Origin: Patescibacteria group bacterium
GTDB taxonomy: Bacteria; Patescibacteriota; Microgenomatia; UBA8517
Reading direction: 5' to 3'
Length of the DNA: 64,000 nt
Assembly: GCA_022868165.1 (NCBI GenBank)
Contig: JALHYA010000008.1
Location: 38,444-102,443 of the forward strand
Shown: piece by piece, positions 56,058 to 64,000 of the stretch
How the letters are laid out: every line of letters starts with the position of its first letter
How positions within the stretch are numbered: position 1 is the first letter of the stretch
Made by a program: the position numbers and the translations under genes
Notes under the pieces: model-generated
Told to the model about the DNA's origin: nothing
The model's input: the letters and a program-made list of their open reading frames with translations, nothing else
The model's database searches: none

Positions 56058-57497
56058 TTAAGAAACTCGATACCAGGCGTTAACATCGAGAAAATAAATT
56101 TCTTTTATTGCCATTGCGCACAGAAACGCCAATATTGCCAATACAACCAATTGATAAACTCTTTTCATCCAAATCTTATCAATAAAAATCGTTCCGGCAA
56201 ACACGGACAGCAAAAAAACCAAAGCGACTCTAAGCCACGGAACAAACTTGCTGAAACCTTCAATCCCATAAAGCCTATGCAAACTAGTACCGAATGGAAA
56301 AAGGGAAATTCCAAGAAAGGCAAAGAAATTAGGTTCTCGAAGTACTTTCTCTATAAAATATGCTAATTCGATAATTATTAAAGAAAGGAAGGGAAATCTG
56401 TACCAACCAAAACTCTCGCTTCCGAAAATTATAAAAACAATCAAATAAGAAAACACAGAAATTGTCAGAATTGTCGTCCCTCTTCTCTTTTTCCATTCTG
56501 CAATTGAGACAATAAAAGTTGCTACCCAGGATGCTAGAATCCAGCCGTCGCTAAGGAATTTTGTTGCGGTGATTTTAGACTGCGTAACGGCTGAAAGAAA
56601 AACCTCCGCTCCGGAACCGTAAAGGCGTCCTGCTTGGGCAAAAAATACATTTTTAAAAACTTCCCAATCGTAATATGCCCCATAAGCGAAGAATGCCACA
56701 AGTCCCGAAATTCCTATTATAAAAACAAGCGTCAGATTACGAAGTTTTTCTCTCTTCGAGTCATAGGCCAAGATAATCAAAAGCAAACTGATAAGAACAG
56801 CAATTCCGGAAAGTTTGAAGAGGATAGCTACCGCAGAAATAATTGCCGCCAATATAAGAAATGCTCGTTTTTTCTTCTTTAGGTATAAATCCGCCAGAAT
56901 TAGTGCTCCAAGAAAAAGAGGGATATAACCGTTTTCTGCAAGAACAAGACGTGAAGAAATTACTGCAGTGGGGATAATAGAGTATAGAAGTGCCGAAAGA
57001 AGACCAACCCATTTATTATAAAGTCTGGTGGCCAAAACGAAAATGAGAAAAGTTGTTAATATAGCGATCCTAAGCATTGGTCTTCGTATAATACCCACGC
57101 CTGTTTGGTAGAACTGCCGGGCCCCCTTTAGATAGGAATAACCCCCAATAATAAGTGCGAAGCCGGGTGGATGATCAAACCATGGTTTGGTCATTCGAAA
57201 TGCAAAATGCTCAGGATCGTTTGTGTCCAAATTATCGACATTGATTTTTTCGTACCAGATATTTTGGCCTGCATCTACTATTCCGGTCCAGCCAATCGGG
57301 ATTCCTTGTTGGATTAAGCTCAAGCCCACCCAAGCAAAATCATATTCATCTGCCGTTTCGCCCGGATGAGGAACAGTGTCGTAATTATAAGAACGTAATT
57401 TGTTCCCCAATAAAAGAATCGCAAAGAGGGCCAGAATAATAATTATTTCTTTTTTGGCTATCCGCCAAATATTTTTTGCCATTTTTGCGAAAGCCAA
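56058..57497 (-). CDS. Polytopic membrane protein, distant PMT_2/GT-C-like
   Basis: The loop HPGETADEYDFAWVGLSLIQQGIPIGW has a DE...motif like the ArnT loop. About 12 TM helices. Confidence 0.4.
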   Translation of the reverse strand: MAFAKMAKNIWRIAKKEIIIILALFAILLLGNKLRSYNYDTVPHPGETADEYDFAWVGLSLIQQGIPIGWTGIVDAGQNIWYEKINVDNLDTNDPEHFAFRMTKPWFDHPPGFALIIGGYSYLKGARQFYQTGVGIIRRPMLRIAILTTFLIFVLATRLYNKWVGLLSALLYSIIPTAVISSRLVLAENGYIPLFLGALILADLYLKKKKRAFLILAAIISAVAILFKLSGIAVLISLLLIILAYDSKREKLRNLTLVFIIGISGLVAFFAYGAYYDWEVFKNVFFAQAGRLYGSGAEVFLSAVTQSKITATKFLSDGWILASWVATFIVSIAEWKKRRGTTILTISVFSYLIVFIIFGSESFGWYRFPFLSLIIIELAYFIEKVLREPNFFAFLGISLFPFGTSLHRLYGIEGFSKFVPWLRVALVFLLSVFAGTIFIDKIWMKRVYQLVVLAILAFLCAMAIKEIYFLDVNAWYRVS

Positions 57498-58279
57498 ATA
57501 ATTATAAATAATATATAATATTTGATTGGTCCATGATAAATCTTACTGCCTGGAATTAACCTTCTCCACTGGTTTTTTCTATCTGCTACTTTCTTCCCGC
57601 TTGCTCCTAAGTAATGAACAATCTCGGCATCCGGCAAAAAATAGACTTTAAGCCCTGACTTCCAAACCCTTCTGCAATAGTCGAAATCTTCAAGATAAAA
57701 AAAGTATCTCTCGTCTAAAAGTCCAACTTTTTTTAGTCCTAGAGGAGTAATTAAAAACGCGGTCGCAACCGCTATGTCGACCGTTCGCGGGTTCGTTCCC
57801 TCAGGAGAATATTTCTCATAGGCTCCTTTTTGCCCCAGCCAATATTCTTTTATCGCACCGCAAATTGCAGGGAAGTTGTAACAGGAAGCCTGGATACTTC
57901 CGTCGGGATTAAGAAGTTTGGCCCCGATAACACCAGCATCTTGGGTTTTCTCGGCGAAATGCATAAGCGTTCCTAACGCTTTTGCCTTAACCTTAGTATC
58001 TGAGTTAAGAAGAAGTATATATTTACCTTTCGCAACTTTTATTCCCTGATTATTTGCCCTGGCAAATCCCAAGTTCTGACGATTCTCCAGAAGTTTAAAA
58101 TTAGAAAGAGTCGATTGATATTCTCGAAGCATACTAACGGAATCGTCTTTCGAATCGTTGTCGACAACCAGGATTTCGTAATTCACTCCCGAGGAATTTT
58201 TCAGGATAGACTCTATACACTCACGGGTCAGTTTTTCTGTGTTAAAACTGACGATTATTATTGATAATTCCGGTTTCAT
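57458..58279 (-). CDS. Family 2 glycosyltransferase
   Basis: LSIIIVSFNTEKLTRECIESILKNS...EILVVDNDSKDDS. Confidence 0.75.
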   Translation of the reverse strand: MKPELSIIIVSFNTEKLTRECIESILKNSSGVNYEILVVDNDSKDDSVSMLREYQSTLSNFKLLENRQNLGFARANNQGIKVAKGKYILLLNSDTKVKAKALGTLMHFAEKTQDAGVIGAKLLNPDGSIQASCYNFPAICGAIKEYWLGQKGAYEKYSPEGTNPRTVDIAVATAFLITPLGLKKVGLLDERYFFYLEDFDYCRRVWKSGLKVYFLPDAEIVHYLGASGKKVADRKNQWRRLIPGSKIYHGPIKYYILFIIIWLSQKWQKIFGG

Positions 58280-58291
58280 TCTTGAGACGTA

Positions 58292-59206
58292 CTACGTCTT
58301 AAATCTGGCAAAAATCGCTTCATCTGAAACTACGCCTTCTTTACTTTCCTTCTTTCTCTCTCTTAATACGATTCTCAATTTCTTCGCAGCCATAAATACT
58401 ATTGCCAAATATCCCGGGTGTGTCAGAATTCTTTTCAATAAACCGGCCATGTGTTTCCTGAAAAGTTGAGGAGAAACCAAATTCTTCCAAATGAAAAGCA
58501 ACTGATTCCGTTCTTGAATTTTACTAAACTTCTTTTTTGAAATCCGATTTACTGTTGCGGACAAGTTGGGGCTTACGTTGGCATCGGGATGCCAGAAAAG
58601 CCGATGACCTCTCTTAAGCGCTCTGTAAGATATATCAACGTCCTCCCAATATGCAGGAGAAAACAGCGACTCATCCATTCCGCCCAAACTCATCCAGATG
58701 TTTTTTCGGTAAATGGCCCCGCCGGCGTTAATAAAAAACGTATGATGGGGCGTACTATCTTCTGTTCCGGGAAGATAAACTATAAATCCGTCTTTAAAAT
58801 CTCCCTTTGACCACCCATAGCCACTTTCGTGAAAGGAAATAGCGAAAATACTGGGGTCTTTTCTCATAAAAGGTAAAATGTTTTCTATAAAATTCTTTTC
58901 CGGAAAAACATCGTTATTCAAAAGTACAATATAATTTCCTTTTGACATCCTAACTCCCGTGTTTACTGCTGCCGAAAAGCCTCGGTTAACTTTGTGTTTG
59001 ATCAATCTAACTGATGGAAAATTCTTTTTCACAAAACTTGCGCTGTCATCAGGTGAACCGTCGTCAACCACGATTATCTCCTGAATACAATTATTGGGAT
59101 TTTGCTGGGCCTCAATATCGCGGGGCAAGTTCTTGGCAAGAAGCTCTTTTCCGCCGTAATGAGGAATAACAATACTTATACTGGGTTTTTCGTCATGACT
59201 AATCAT
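58292..59206 (-). CDS. Family 2 glycosyltransferase
   Basis: ISIVIPHYGGKELLAKNL...IIVVDDGSPDDS and LLNNDV. Confidence 0.75.
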   Translation of the reverse strand: MISHDEKPSISIVIPHYGGKELLAKNLPRDIEAQQNPNNCIQEIIVVDDGSPDDSASFVKKNFPSVRLIKHKVNRGFSAAVNTGVRMSKGNYIVLLNNDVFPEKNFIENILPFMRKDPSIFAISFHESGYGWSKGDFKDGFIVYLPGTEDSTPHHTFFINAGGAIYRKNIWMSLGGMDESLFSPAYWEDVDISYRALKRGHRLFWHPDANVSPNLSATVNRISKKKFSKIQERNQLLFIWKNLVSPQLFRKHMAGLLKRILTHPGYLAIVFMAAKKLRIVLRERKKESKEGVVSDEAIFARFKT

Positions 59207-59942
59207 TCAAATCTCCTCTAAATACCACCCTGTAGGTTGGCCAAAAGTGTATTATATTCAATACAGGCAAGAAAAAAAGGAGCTTGTGATAAAGGTTTGT
59301 CAGAATTGGCACCTCGCTAAATCCCAAAAGCAGCAAGCCTAACCATAGAAAAGAATTGGTATTTCCTTTTTCTTTAACCCGGATCGATTTTTTATGTTCT
59401 TTGGCCCCCCGGAAAATATAATCCTTAATTTCCTTTTCGTCAGGCAAGCCATTCAGCCTGTGCTCCGTCAGAAATTCCATTTCTTTCTTGTGTGTCAATT
59501 TATAATACATTGAAATTATCCTATCTATAATCGCCGAAAGTCTCCCCCTGGGAAAAGAGAGATAAACTCTATCTTTAGCTATCCTAATCATTTCGGAAAC
59601 GGCCTTTTTCCTTATTCCCAAGGGCAAATGTTCCATCATATCTACGCTAACTACGATATCAAAAGAGCGATCTTTGAAAGGAAGTTTGTCTGCTGAGGCT
59701 TTAACTATTTTGAAACCCTCTCCTTTAGCTTTCCCAAAAACAATATCTGTACCCGTAATATCAAATCCTTTTGAAATATAAGTTGCCAGTCCGAATTCAC
59801 CGGAACCTACATCTAGAATTTTTGTCCCCTCACCGAAGTTTCGTTTTATATCGTTTGCAATGGGCAAATATCTTAATGCAACTGTTATATCCCAATTGGG
59901 ATATTTACGAGAGAGAAAACCCTTGAGATTTTCACTTTTCAT
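59199..59942 (-). CDS. Class I SAM-dependent methyltransferase (Methyltransf_11-like)
   Basis: ILDVGSGEFGLATYISKGFDITGTDI (motif I) and FDIVVSVDMMEHL (motif II). Start is probably the internal M (MKSENLKG) at about 59942, avoiding a 180-nt overlap. Confidence 0.65.
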   Translation of the reverse strand: MKSENLKGFLSRKYPNWDITVALRYLPIANDIKRNFGEGTKILDVGSGEFGLATYISKGFDITGTDIVFGKAKGEGFKIVKASADKLPFKDRSFDIVVSVDMMEHLPLGIRKKAVSEMIRIAKDRVYLSFPRGRLSAIIDRIISMYYKLTHKKEMEFLTEHRLNGLPDEKEIKDYIFRGAKEHKKSIRVKEKGNTNSFLWLGLLLLGFSEVPILTNLYHKLLFFLPVLNIIHFWPTYRVVFRGDLND

Positions 59943-61497
59943 TTGTAATTTTTCTTTCCTGAATTGTAATTTCTCCGAAAGATTGTTGGCCAATGAGAGT
60001 AGACTTTGCATCTTCTTCGCCCTGCGCCAAATTGACATACATTTCAGGAATTCCATAAGTGGACTCAATAATATAAAAGTGTTCGATAACACCTGCGGCT
60101 GGTCTGGCAAGGTTATTCCCCAATTGCCCTACTTGATCCCTGCCGGTCCAGGAAGGCAAATATCCGTATTTTTGTTTACCATACCAGTTATATAAATACG
60201 ACCAGAGCGTATTTATGTATAGTGGCCTTGTTAGAGTATTTATGCTAAAACCTTTACCATTTGCTTTTTCATATGTATAGTCAATCGTCTTAAGCTGATT
60301 TGCCAAAGTAGATTCTCCCTGAATAACAAGATTTGTCTGCCCTTTTTTATTTTCAAATAAAATTTTTATTGAATTGAAAAGCAAAATCAAAAATATTACC
60401 CCTATAAATAAATATTTGTATTGAGAAAGAAATTTCCAAATAAATATCCCCACAAACACGGCTATTCCGGCTGTCACACCAGACATTGCATGAGGAATGC
60501 CTGAACCCCCAAACGGTAATGCAAATATATAGACAAATATATATGTTGCCAAAAAAGGTTCCCATGATATCAAGTCGCTTCCGCGGTTTTTGACCCAATG
60601 CAAAAGTGCAGAAAAAAGAAGAATAACACCGACCAGACCACCAAATGAGACTTTTAATGGGAATATTGTATAGGCTAAACTTTTTCCTAATTGGTTAAGG
60701 TAAATAACCAAAAAGTTGCCGAACTCTAAGGTTTGAGGAGCCATGTCCTGACTGGAAAGAAGATAATAAATTCCGGAAATTCCTCTAAACCCAAATTTGA
60801 ACTCGGCCAAAATCATCGACGAAACGGCAAAAATTAAAGAGCCCAGAAAAATCATCACATCTTTCCGTCGGACTTCTTTTCTAAATAGCCAGAGCCAGAA
60901 AATCACCGGAAGTAAATGATATCCGAGAGCGACATTGCTCTGGATACTAAATCCCAAACCGAAACCCGCAACCAATGGACCAATTACGGATTTACCTTTC
61001 AGCCACAAATAAAGCCCGATGTAAATAAGCGGAACAAACCAGATTGCCATTGTGGGATTTGAAAGCCAAGCGGCATATTGCGTAGCCTCGAAAGAGAACG
61101 CAAAAATTAATGATGCAATCAGCGCCGGGGTATGCTTTTTTGTTAAAAGATAGGTAAGTAAATAAACACCAAAAACGGTTAGGGCATTTAGAAAACCCAT
61201 AAAATATGCGGCTCCGATTGGACTTCCCCTGCCAACAAGATAAGCGAGAGCCAGGACATAATAATAAAGAACACCGTGATAAAGACCGGGTATTCCGTTC
61301 ACGGAGGGACCAAGAATTTTTATATGACCGCCCAATATCTCTTGTACAACAAAGGCGTCGCGGGCTTGATCAAAGGCAAAAGAAACAGCCTTAGCCGGCA
61401 GATACCACCACCTAAGAATTATTGCCAAAATAAAAATGGCAAAAAGAATAAATTTATAATATCTTTTTAATACTTGTTCTAAATTGTTCATAGCCAT
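59932..61497 (-). CDS. Polytopic membrane protein, putative GT-C glycosyltransferase
   Basis: About 13 TM helices and an N-terminal loop FAFDQARDAFVVQEILGG, plus a C-terminal soluble domain of about 130 aa. Confidence 0.35.
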   Translation of the reverse strand: MAMNNLEQVLKRYYKFILFAIFILAIILRWWYLPAKAVSFAFDQARDAFVVQEILGGHIKILGPSVNGIPGLYHGVLYYYVLALAYLVGRGSPIGAAYFMGFLNALTVFGVYLLTYLLTKKHTPALIASLIFAFSFEATQYAAWLSNPTMAIWFVPLIYIGLYLWLKGKSVIGPLVAGFGLGFSIQSNVALGYHLLPVIFWLWLFRKEVRRKDVMIFLGSLIFAVSSMILAEFKFGFRGISGIYYLLSSQDMAPQTLEFGNFLVIYLNQLGKSLAYTIFPLKVSFGGLVGVILLFSALLHWVKNRGSDLISWEPFLATYIFVYIFALPFGGSGIPHAMSGVTAGIAVFVGIFIWKFLSQYKYLFIGVIFLILLFNSIKILFENKKGQTNLVIQGESTLANQLKTIDYTYEKANGKGFSINTLTRPLYINTLWSYLYNWYGKQKYGYLPSWTGRDQVGQLGNNLARPAAGVIEHFYIIESTYGIPEMYVNLAQGEEDAKSTLIGQQSFGEITIQERKITNEK

Positions 61498-62479
61498 ATT
61501 TATTACACGTTTCGATTGCCTCTTTCATAACACCCTTAAAAAGAATTCTATCATTTATAAGCTTTATGCTCTTTTTAATTAACTGTCCGATTGTTGTCCA
61601 TCCATAACCGTTAATCCCTTCGGAAATTATCTCTTTATGTCCGCCGGCAAAAAGGACGATTGGAACATCACCGGCACACATTGCCTCTACCACCGATATC
61701 CCAAAATGTTCTACTCTTTCGGGCTCCTTCTCTTCATTTATTCCAAATCCTGCCGCGGACCAAAATATTTTTGCCCTGCCATATAAATCCTTTAGCGTTT
61801 TAAAGTCGGGGCTCTGAAAAATCTCCACAGGATAATGTTCAGCCATTTTCTTTAATTTTTCGATATAATTTCCTACCCCTACCTCCACTCCCCCGGCCAA
61901 AACCAATCGCCAATCTCTATAACCCTTGTCATACAACTTCTTGAAAGCCTCAATTAAAACATCCTGCCTTTTTGCTTGCTTGAGTTGAGAAAATCTACCT
62001 ACCGAAAGAATCATTTTTTCTTTTCTTTTTGGTTTTATTTTCTCTACATCTACAGGGGGGTAAATTACAATACTTTTGACTCCGTATTCTTTGTCAATAA
62101 AACTTTTTGTGAAATTAGAATTGCAGATAATTTTATTAATCCTGAAAAGTTTCATTCTGTTAAGCAGTGTTTTCCCGTTAACGTCGTCGAATGGAACCTG
62201 AAAGTGAAGAAAATTCTTGCGGGCTTTAAGGGTAGGAATGCTCCCGTCGGATACCCAAAAACAAATATCATAACCGTCCCCGCGTTTTACATCGGGAACA
62301 AAATTTACACCGTCAAGGACGATGCCAAACCTGTCCTCTAATTTCCGCTTAATATCTGACATTTCCCATTGAACATCTACCTGATAACCTACATCGAAAA
62401 GAGCAGTCGCTACCGCCATCGAGTATCGCTCTCCACCCCCCAACGTATCCAGGTAAGGATTGTATATTGCAGCCTTCAT
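61454..62479 (-). CDS. GT4-family glycosyltransferase
   Basis: GRFSQLKQAKRQDVLIEAFKKL...EHFGISVVEAMCAGDVPIV (EX7E). Start is likely the internal M, giving a 4-bp overlap with the upstream stop. Confidence 0.8.
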   Translation of the reverse strand: MKAAIYNPYLDTLGGGERYSMAVATALFDVGYQVDVQWEMSDIKRKLEDRFGIVLDGVNFVPDVKRGDGYDICFWVSDGSIPTLKARKNFLHFQVPFDDVNGKTLLNRMKLFRINKIICNSNFTKSFIDKEYGVKSIVIYPPVDVEKIKPKRKEKMILSVGRFSQLKQAKRQDVLIEAFKKLYDKGYRDWRLVLAGGVEVGVGNYIEKLKKMAEHYPVEIFQSPDFKTLKDLYGRAKIFWSAAGFGINEEKEPERVEHFGISVVEAMCAGDVPIVLFAGGHKEIISEGINGYGWTTIGQLIKKSIKLINDRILFKGVMKEAIETCNKYGYEQFRTSIKKIL

Positions 62480-63222
62480 TTTTCTATTTGCATCTCCCAC
62501 AACTTTGCATAGGTTATCATTCGTGAATACATTTGATAGATTATTTCAATTATTCCAATTGGTCCGTCCAAAAAACCGAGCTTCAGCACTCCCCTATACC
62601 AAAATTCCCTAGAGGCAACACTAAAGAATCTCCACCAAGTCATTTTTGGGTGATGGGATTTAAAAAGAAGTCTGGCTTCTATTTCGGACCAATTGTTAGT
62701 TTTCTCCACCATTTCGCTCAACGAACGGTGTGTGATATGCACAAATGGATTTTTTAGTTTTCCAACATTGCCTTCGATTTTCGGCTGTTCATGAAGATCG
62801 CCTTCCCATCCTATTAGTGCATCTTTTCTAATAAGCCTTAGGACATAGTCCGGCCACCATCCTCCCCAATGCATTTCGTGACCCAAAAGAAAATTCCTAC
62901 GGGGGATTGCATAGGCCGCATCCGTTCCCTCCAAAATCGTCCTTTTTATCTCTTCTCGAAGTTCTTCTGTTACTCTCTCGTCAGAGTCAATATAAAATAA
63001 CCAGTCCGACTTAGCGCTTTTTGCACCCAAATTTCTCCATTTGGAAAAATCGCCATCTTTTGTCTCGACAACCTTTACCCCCAATCTTTTTGCTATCTCG
63101 ACCGTTTCGTCGGTAGAGCCAGTATCAACCAAGATTATTTCGTCAACCCAGCCAACCGATTGCAAACAATCTTCAATCAGTCCCCCAGCATTTTTGGCTA
63201 TTATTATTGCGCTTGTTTTCAT
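62476..63222 (-). CDS. Family 2 glycosyltransferase (paralog of 39491-40288)
   Basis: MKTSAIIIAKNAGGLIEDCLQSVGWVDEIILVDTGSTDETVEIAKRLG. Confidence 0.75.
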   Translation of the reverse strand: MKTSAIIIAKNAGGLIEDCLQSVGWVDEIILVDTGSTDETVEIAKRLGVKVVETKDGDFSKWRNLGAKSAKSDWLFYIDSDERVTEELREEIKRTILEGTDAAYAIPRRNFLLGHEMHWGGWWPDYVLRLIRKDALIGWEGDLHEQPKIEGNVGKLKNPFVHITHRSLSEMVEKTNNWSEIEARLLFKSHHPKMTWWRFFSVASREFWYRGVLKLGFLDGPIGIIEIIYQMYSRMITYAKLWEMQIEK

Positions 63223-64000
63223 GGCCAACTCCCCCTCCCAAACTTCATCAAATAAAAATCCCGAATTCCTATTTTCTGCCATTCTCTTCCTTTTAGCAGC
63301 AACTTTATGCTTTCCTTAATTAGAGCAAGCTTTGCCCTAAGCGGAGCATACTTCAGACCAAACAGCATTCGGTTTCGAGTGATAAAGTAGTCGTTTAAAT
63401 CGCTTCCAATTCCGGAGGTCTGAGAAACCTTATGCCAAAGATATGGTTTTGGAGAATAGACAATTCTCAAACCCATTCTTTTTATCCTCAAGCATAGGTC
63501 TGCATCTTCGAAATATGCAAATAGTTTCTCGTCGAGCATACCTACTCTTTTTATCACCTCGGCCGGAACAAAAAGACACGCACCAGTCCCAAAATCTATT
63601 TGCCTTAATTGGTCGAATTGTCCCCTATCTACTGCATCAACTCCATGATTGCTGGCATAAACGTTTTTCCAGTCAATATCTCCACCGGCCGCCCAAATAA
63701 CTTTTCCCAAATCGGATTTTTTGTACCTTTCTTTATGAAATTCATAGCCGGGAGTAAAATATATTTTTGGTGAAATTGCTCCAACATTATGGTTTCTTTC
63801 TAACGCGTTCAGAAAATCGACGAAGATGTTTTTATCGACGATCGTATCATTATTCAAAAGAACAATATAATCGGCATCTTCTTTTAATGCATCCTTTATC
63901 CCTACATTGTTTCCCCTACAGAAACCCAAATTTTCTTTATTGATAATTTGGCGAATAGAGAAACCGTTTTTAGATGCAGTACCCGAAAATTTTTCAACTG
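63219..64000 (-). CDS. Family 2 glycosyltransferase (rhamnosyltransferase-like), N-terminus beyond window end
   Basis: ...GFCRGNNVGIKDALKEDADYIVLLNNDTIVD...YFEDADLCLRI.... The reading frame stays open upstream of 63929 (...KRFSIRQIINKENL...), so the true start is outside the window. Confidence 0.6.
   Translation of the reverse strand, partial: VEKFSGTASKNGFSIRQIINKENLGFCRGNNVGIKDALKEDADYIVLLNNDTIVDKNIFVDFLNALERNHNVGAISPKIYFTPGYEFHKERYKKSDLGKVIWAAGGDIDWKNVYASNHGVDAVDRGQFDQLRQIDFGTGACLFVPAEVIKRVGMLDEKLFAYFEDADLCLRIKRMGLRIVYSPKPYLWHKVSQTSGIGSDLNDYFITRNRMLFGLKYAPLRAKLALIKESIKLLLKGREWQKIGIRDFYLMKFGRGSWP

Noticed and set aside
1-64000. Mobile elements, CRISPR arrays, tRNA/rRNA genes
   Set aside because: No direct-repeat/spacer arrays, no transposase, integrase or recombinase-like ORFs and no tRNA-like cloverleaf regions were seen. 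Coding density leaves almost no intergenic space.

Overview
This window is almost entirely coding (about 38% GC, no rRNA/tRNA, no CRISPR array, no transposase or integrase). It is one very large glycan-biosynthesis and glycosylation locus, most of it on the minus strand with many 1-4 bp start/stop overlaps, which suggests long operons. I support about 59 CDS. At the 5' end (1-8.4 kb) are a Wzx/MOP-type flippase fragment, a TylF/MycF-family sugar O-methyltransferase, a PMT/ArnT-like membrane glycosyltransferase, a Wzm/Wzt ABC exporter whose ATPase carries a C-terminal carbohydrate-binding domain, a GT2 glycosyltransferase and two methyltransferase-like proteins. Next (8.4-12.5 kb) comes a small 4Fe-4S ferredoxin, a B12-binding radical-SAM enzyme, a convergent ferredoxin-NADP-reductase-like flavoprotein, and NifS/NifU-like Fe-S assembly genes. 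A sugar aminotransferase (DegT family) and an FdtA-type 3,4-ketoisomerase (3-amino-3,6-dideoxyhexose branch) sit at 12.5-14 kb. From 14 to 30 kb there is a dense run of GT2, GT4, CgeB-like and GT-A glycosyltransferases, three FkbM-family and several class-I SAM methyltransferases, polytopic GT-C-like membrane proteins and an NDP-sugar epimerase/dehydratase. A two-gene plus-strand islet at 30.2-32.4 kb encodes a secreted protein and a membrane protein. At 32.4-41.6 kb a NodU/CmcH-type carbamoyltransferase ends a nine-gene translationally coupled operon that includes a DPM1-like GT2, a DUF2304-like small membrane protein, a PIG-V-like mannosyltransferase, GT4, GT2 and an FAD-dependent oxidoreductase. 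A tandem array of seven polytopic GT-C genes follows at 41.6-53.3 kb (five ArnT/PMT-family paralogs and two members of a second unnamed paralog family), then an AsnB-like amidotransferase and an ArnC/GtrB-like polyprenyl-phosphate glycosyltransferase. The 3' end (56-64 kb) has more GT-C-like, GT2, GT4 and methyltransferase genes. Two features stand out as candidates for an undescribed system. One is the self-contained redox/Fe-S module around the B12-radical-SAM enzyme inside a nucleotide-sugar pathway. The other is the expanded, translationally coupled battery of ArnT/PMT-like and other GT-C enzymes fed by three polyprenyl-phosphate-sugar synthases. The gene content resembles an uncultivated small-genome bacterium such as the Candidate Phyla Radiation, but that is inference only.
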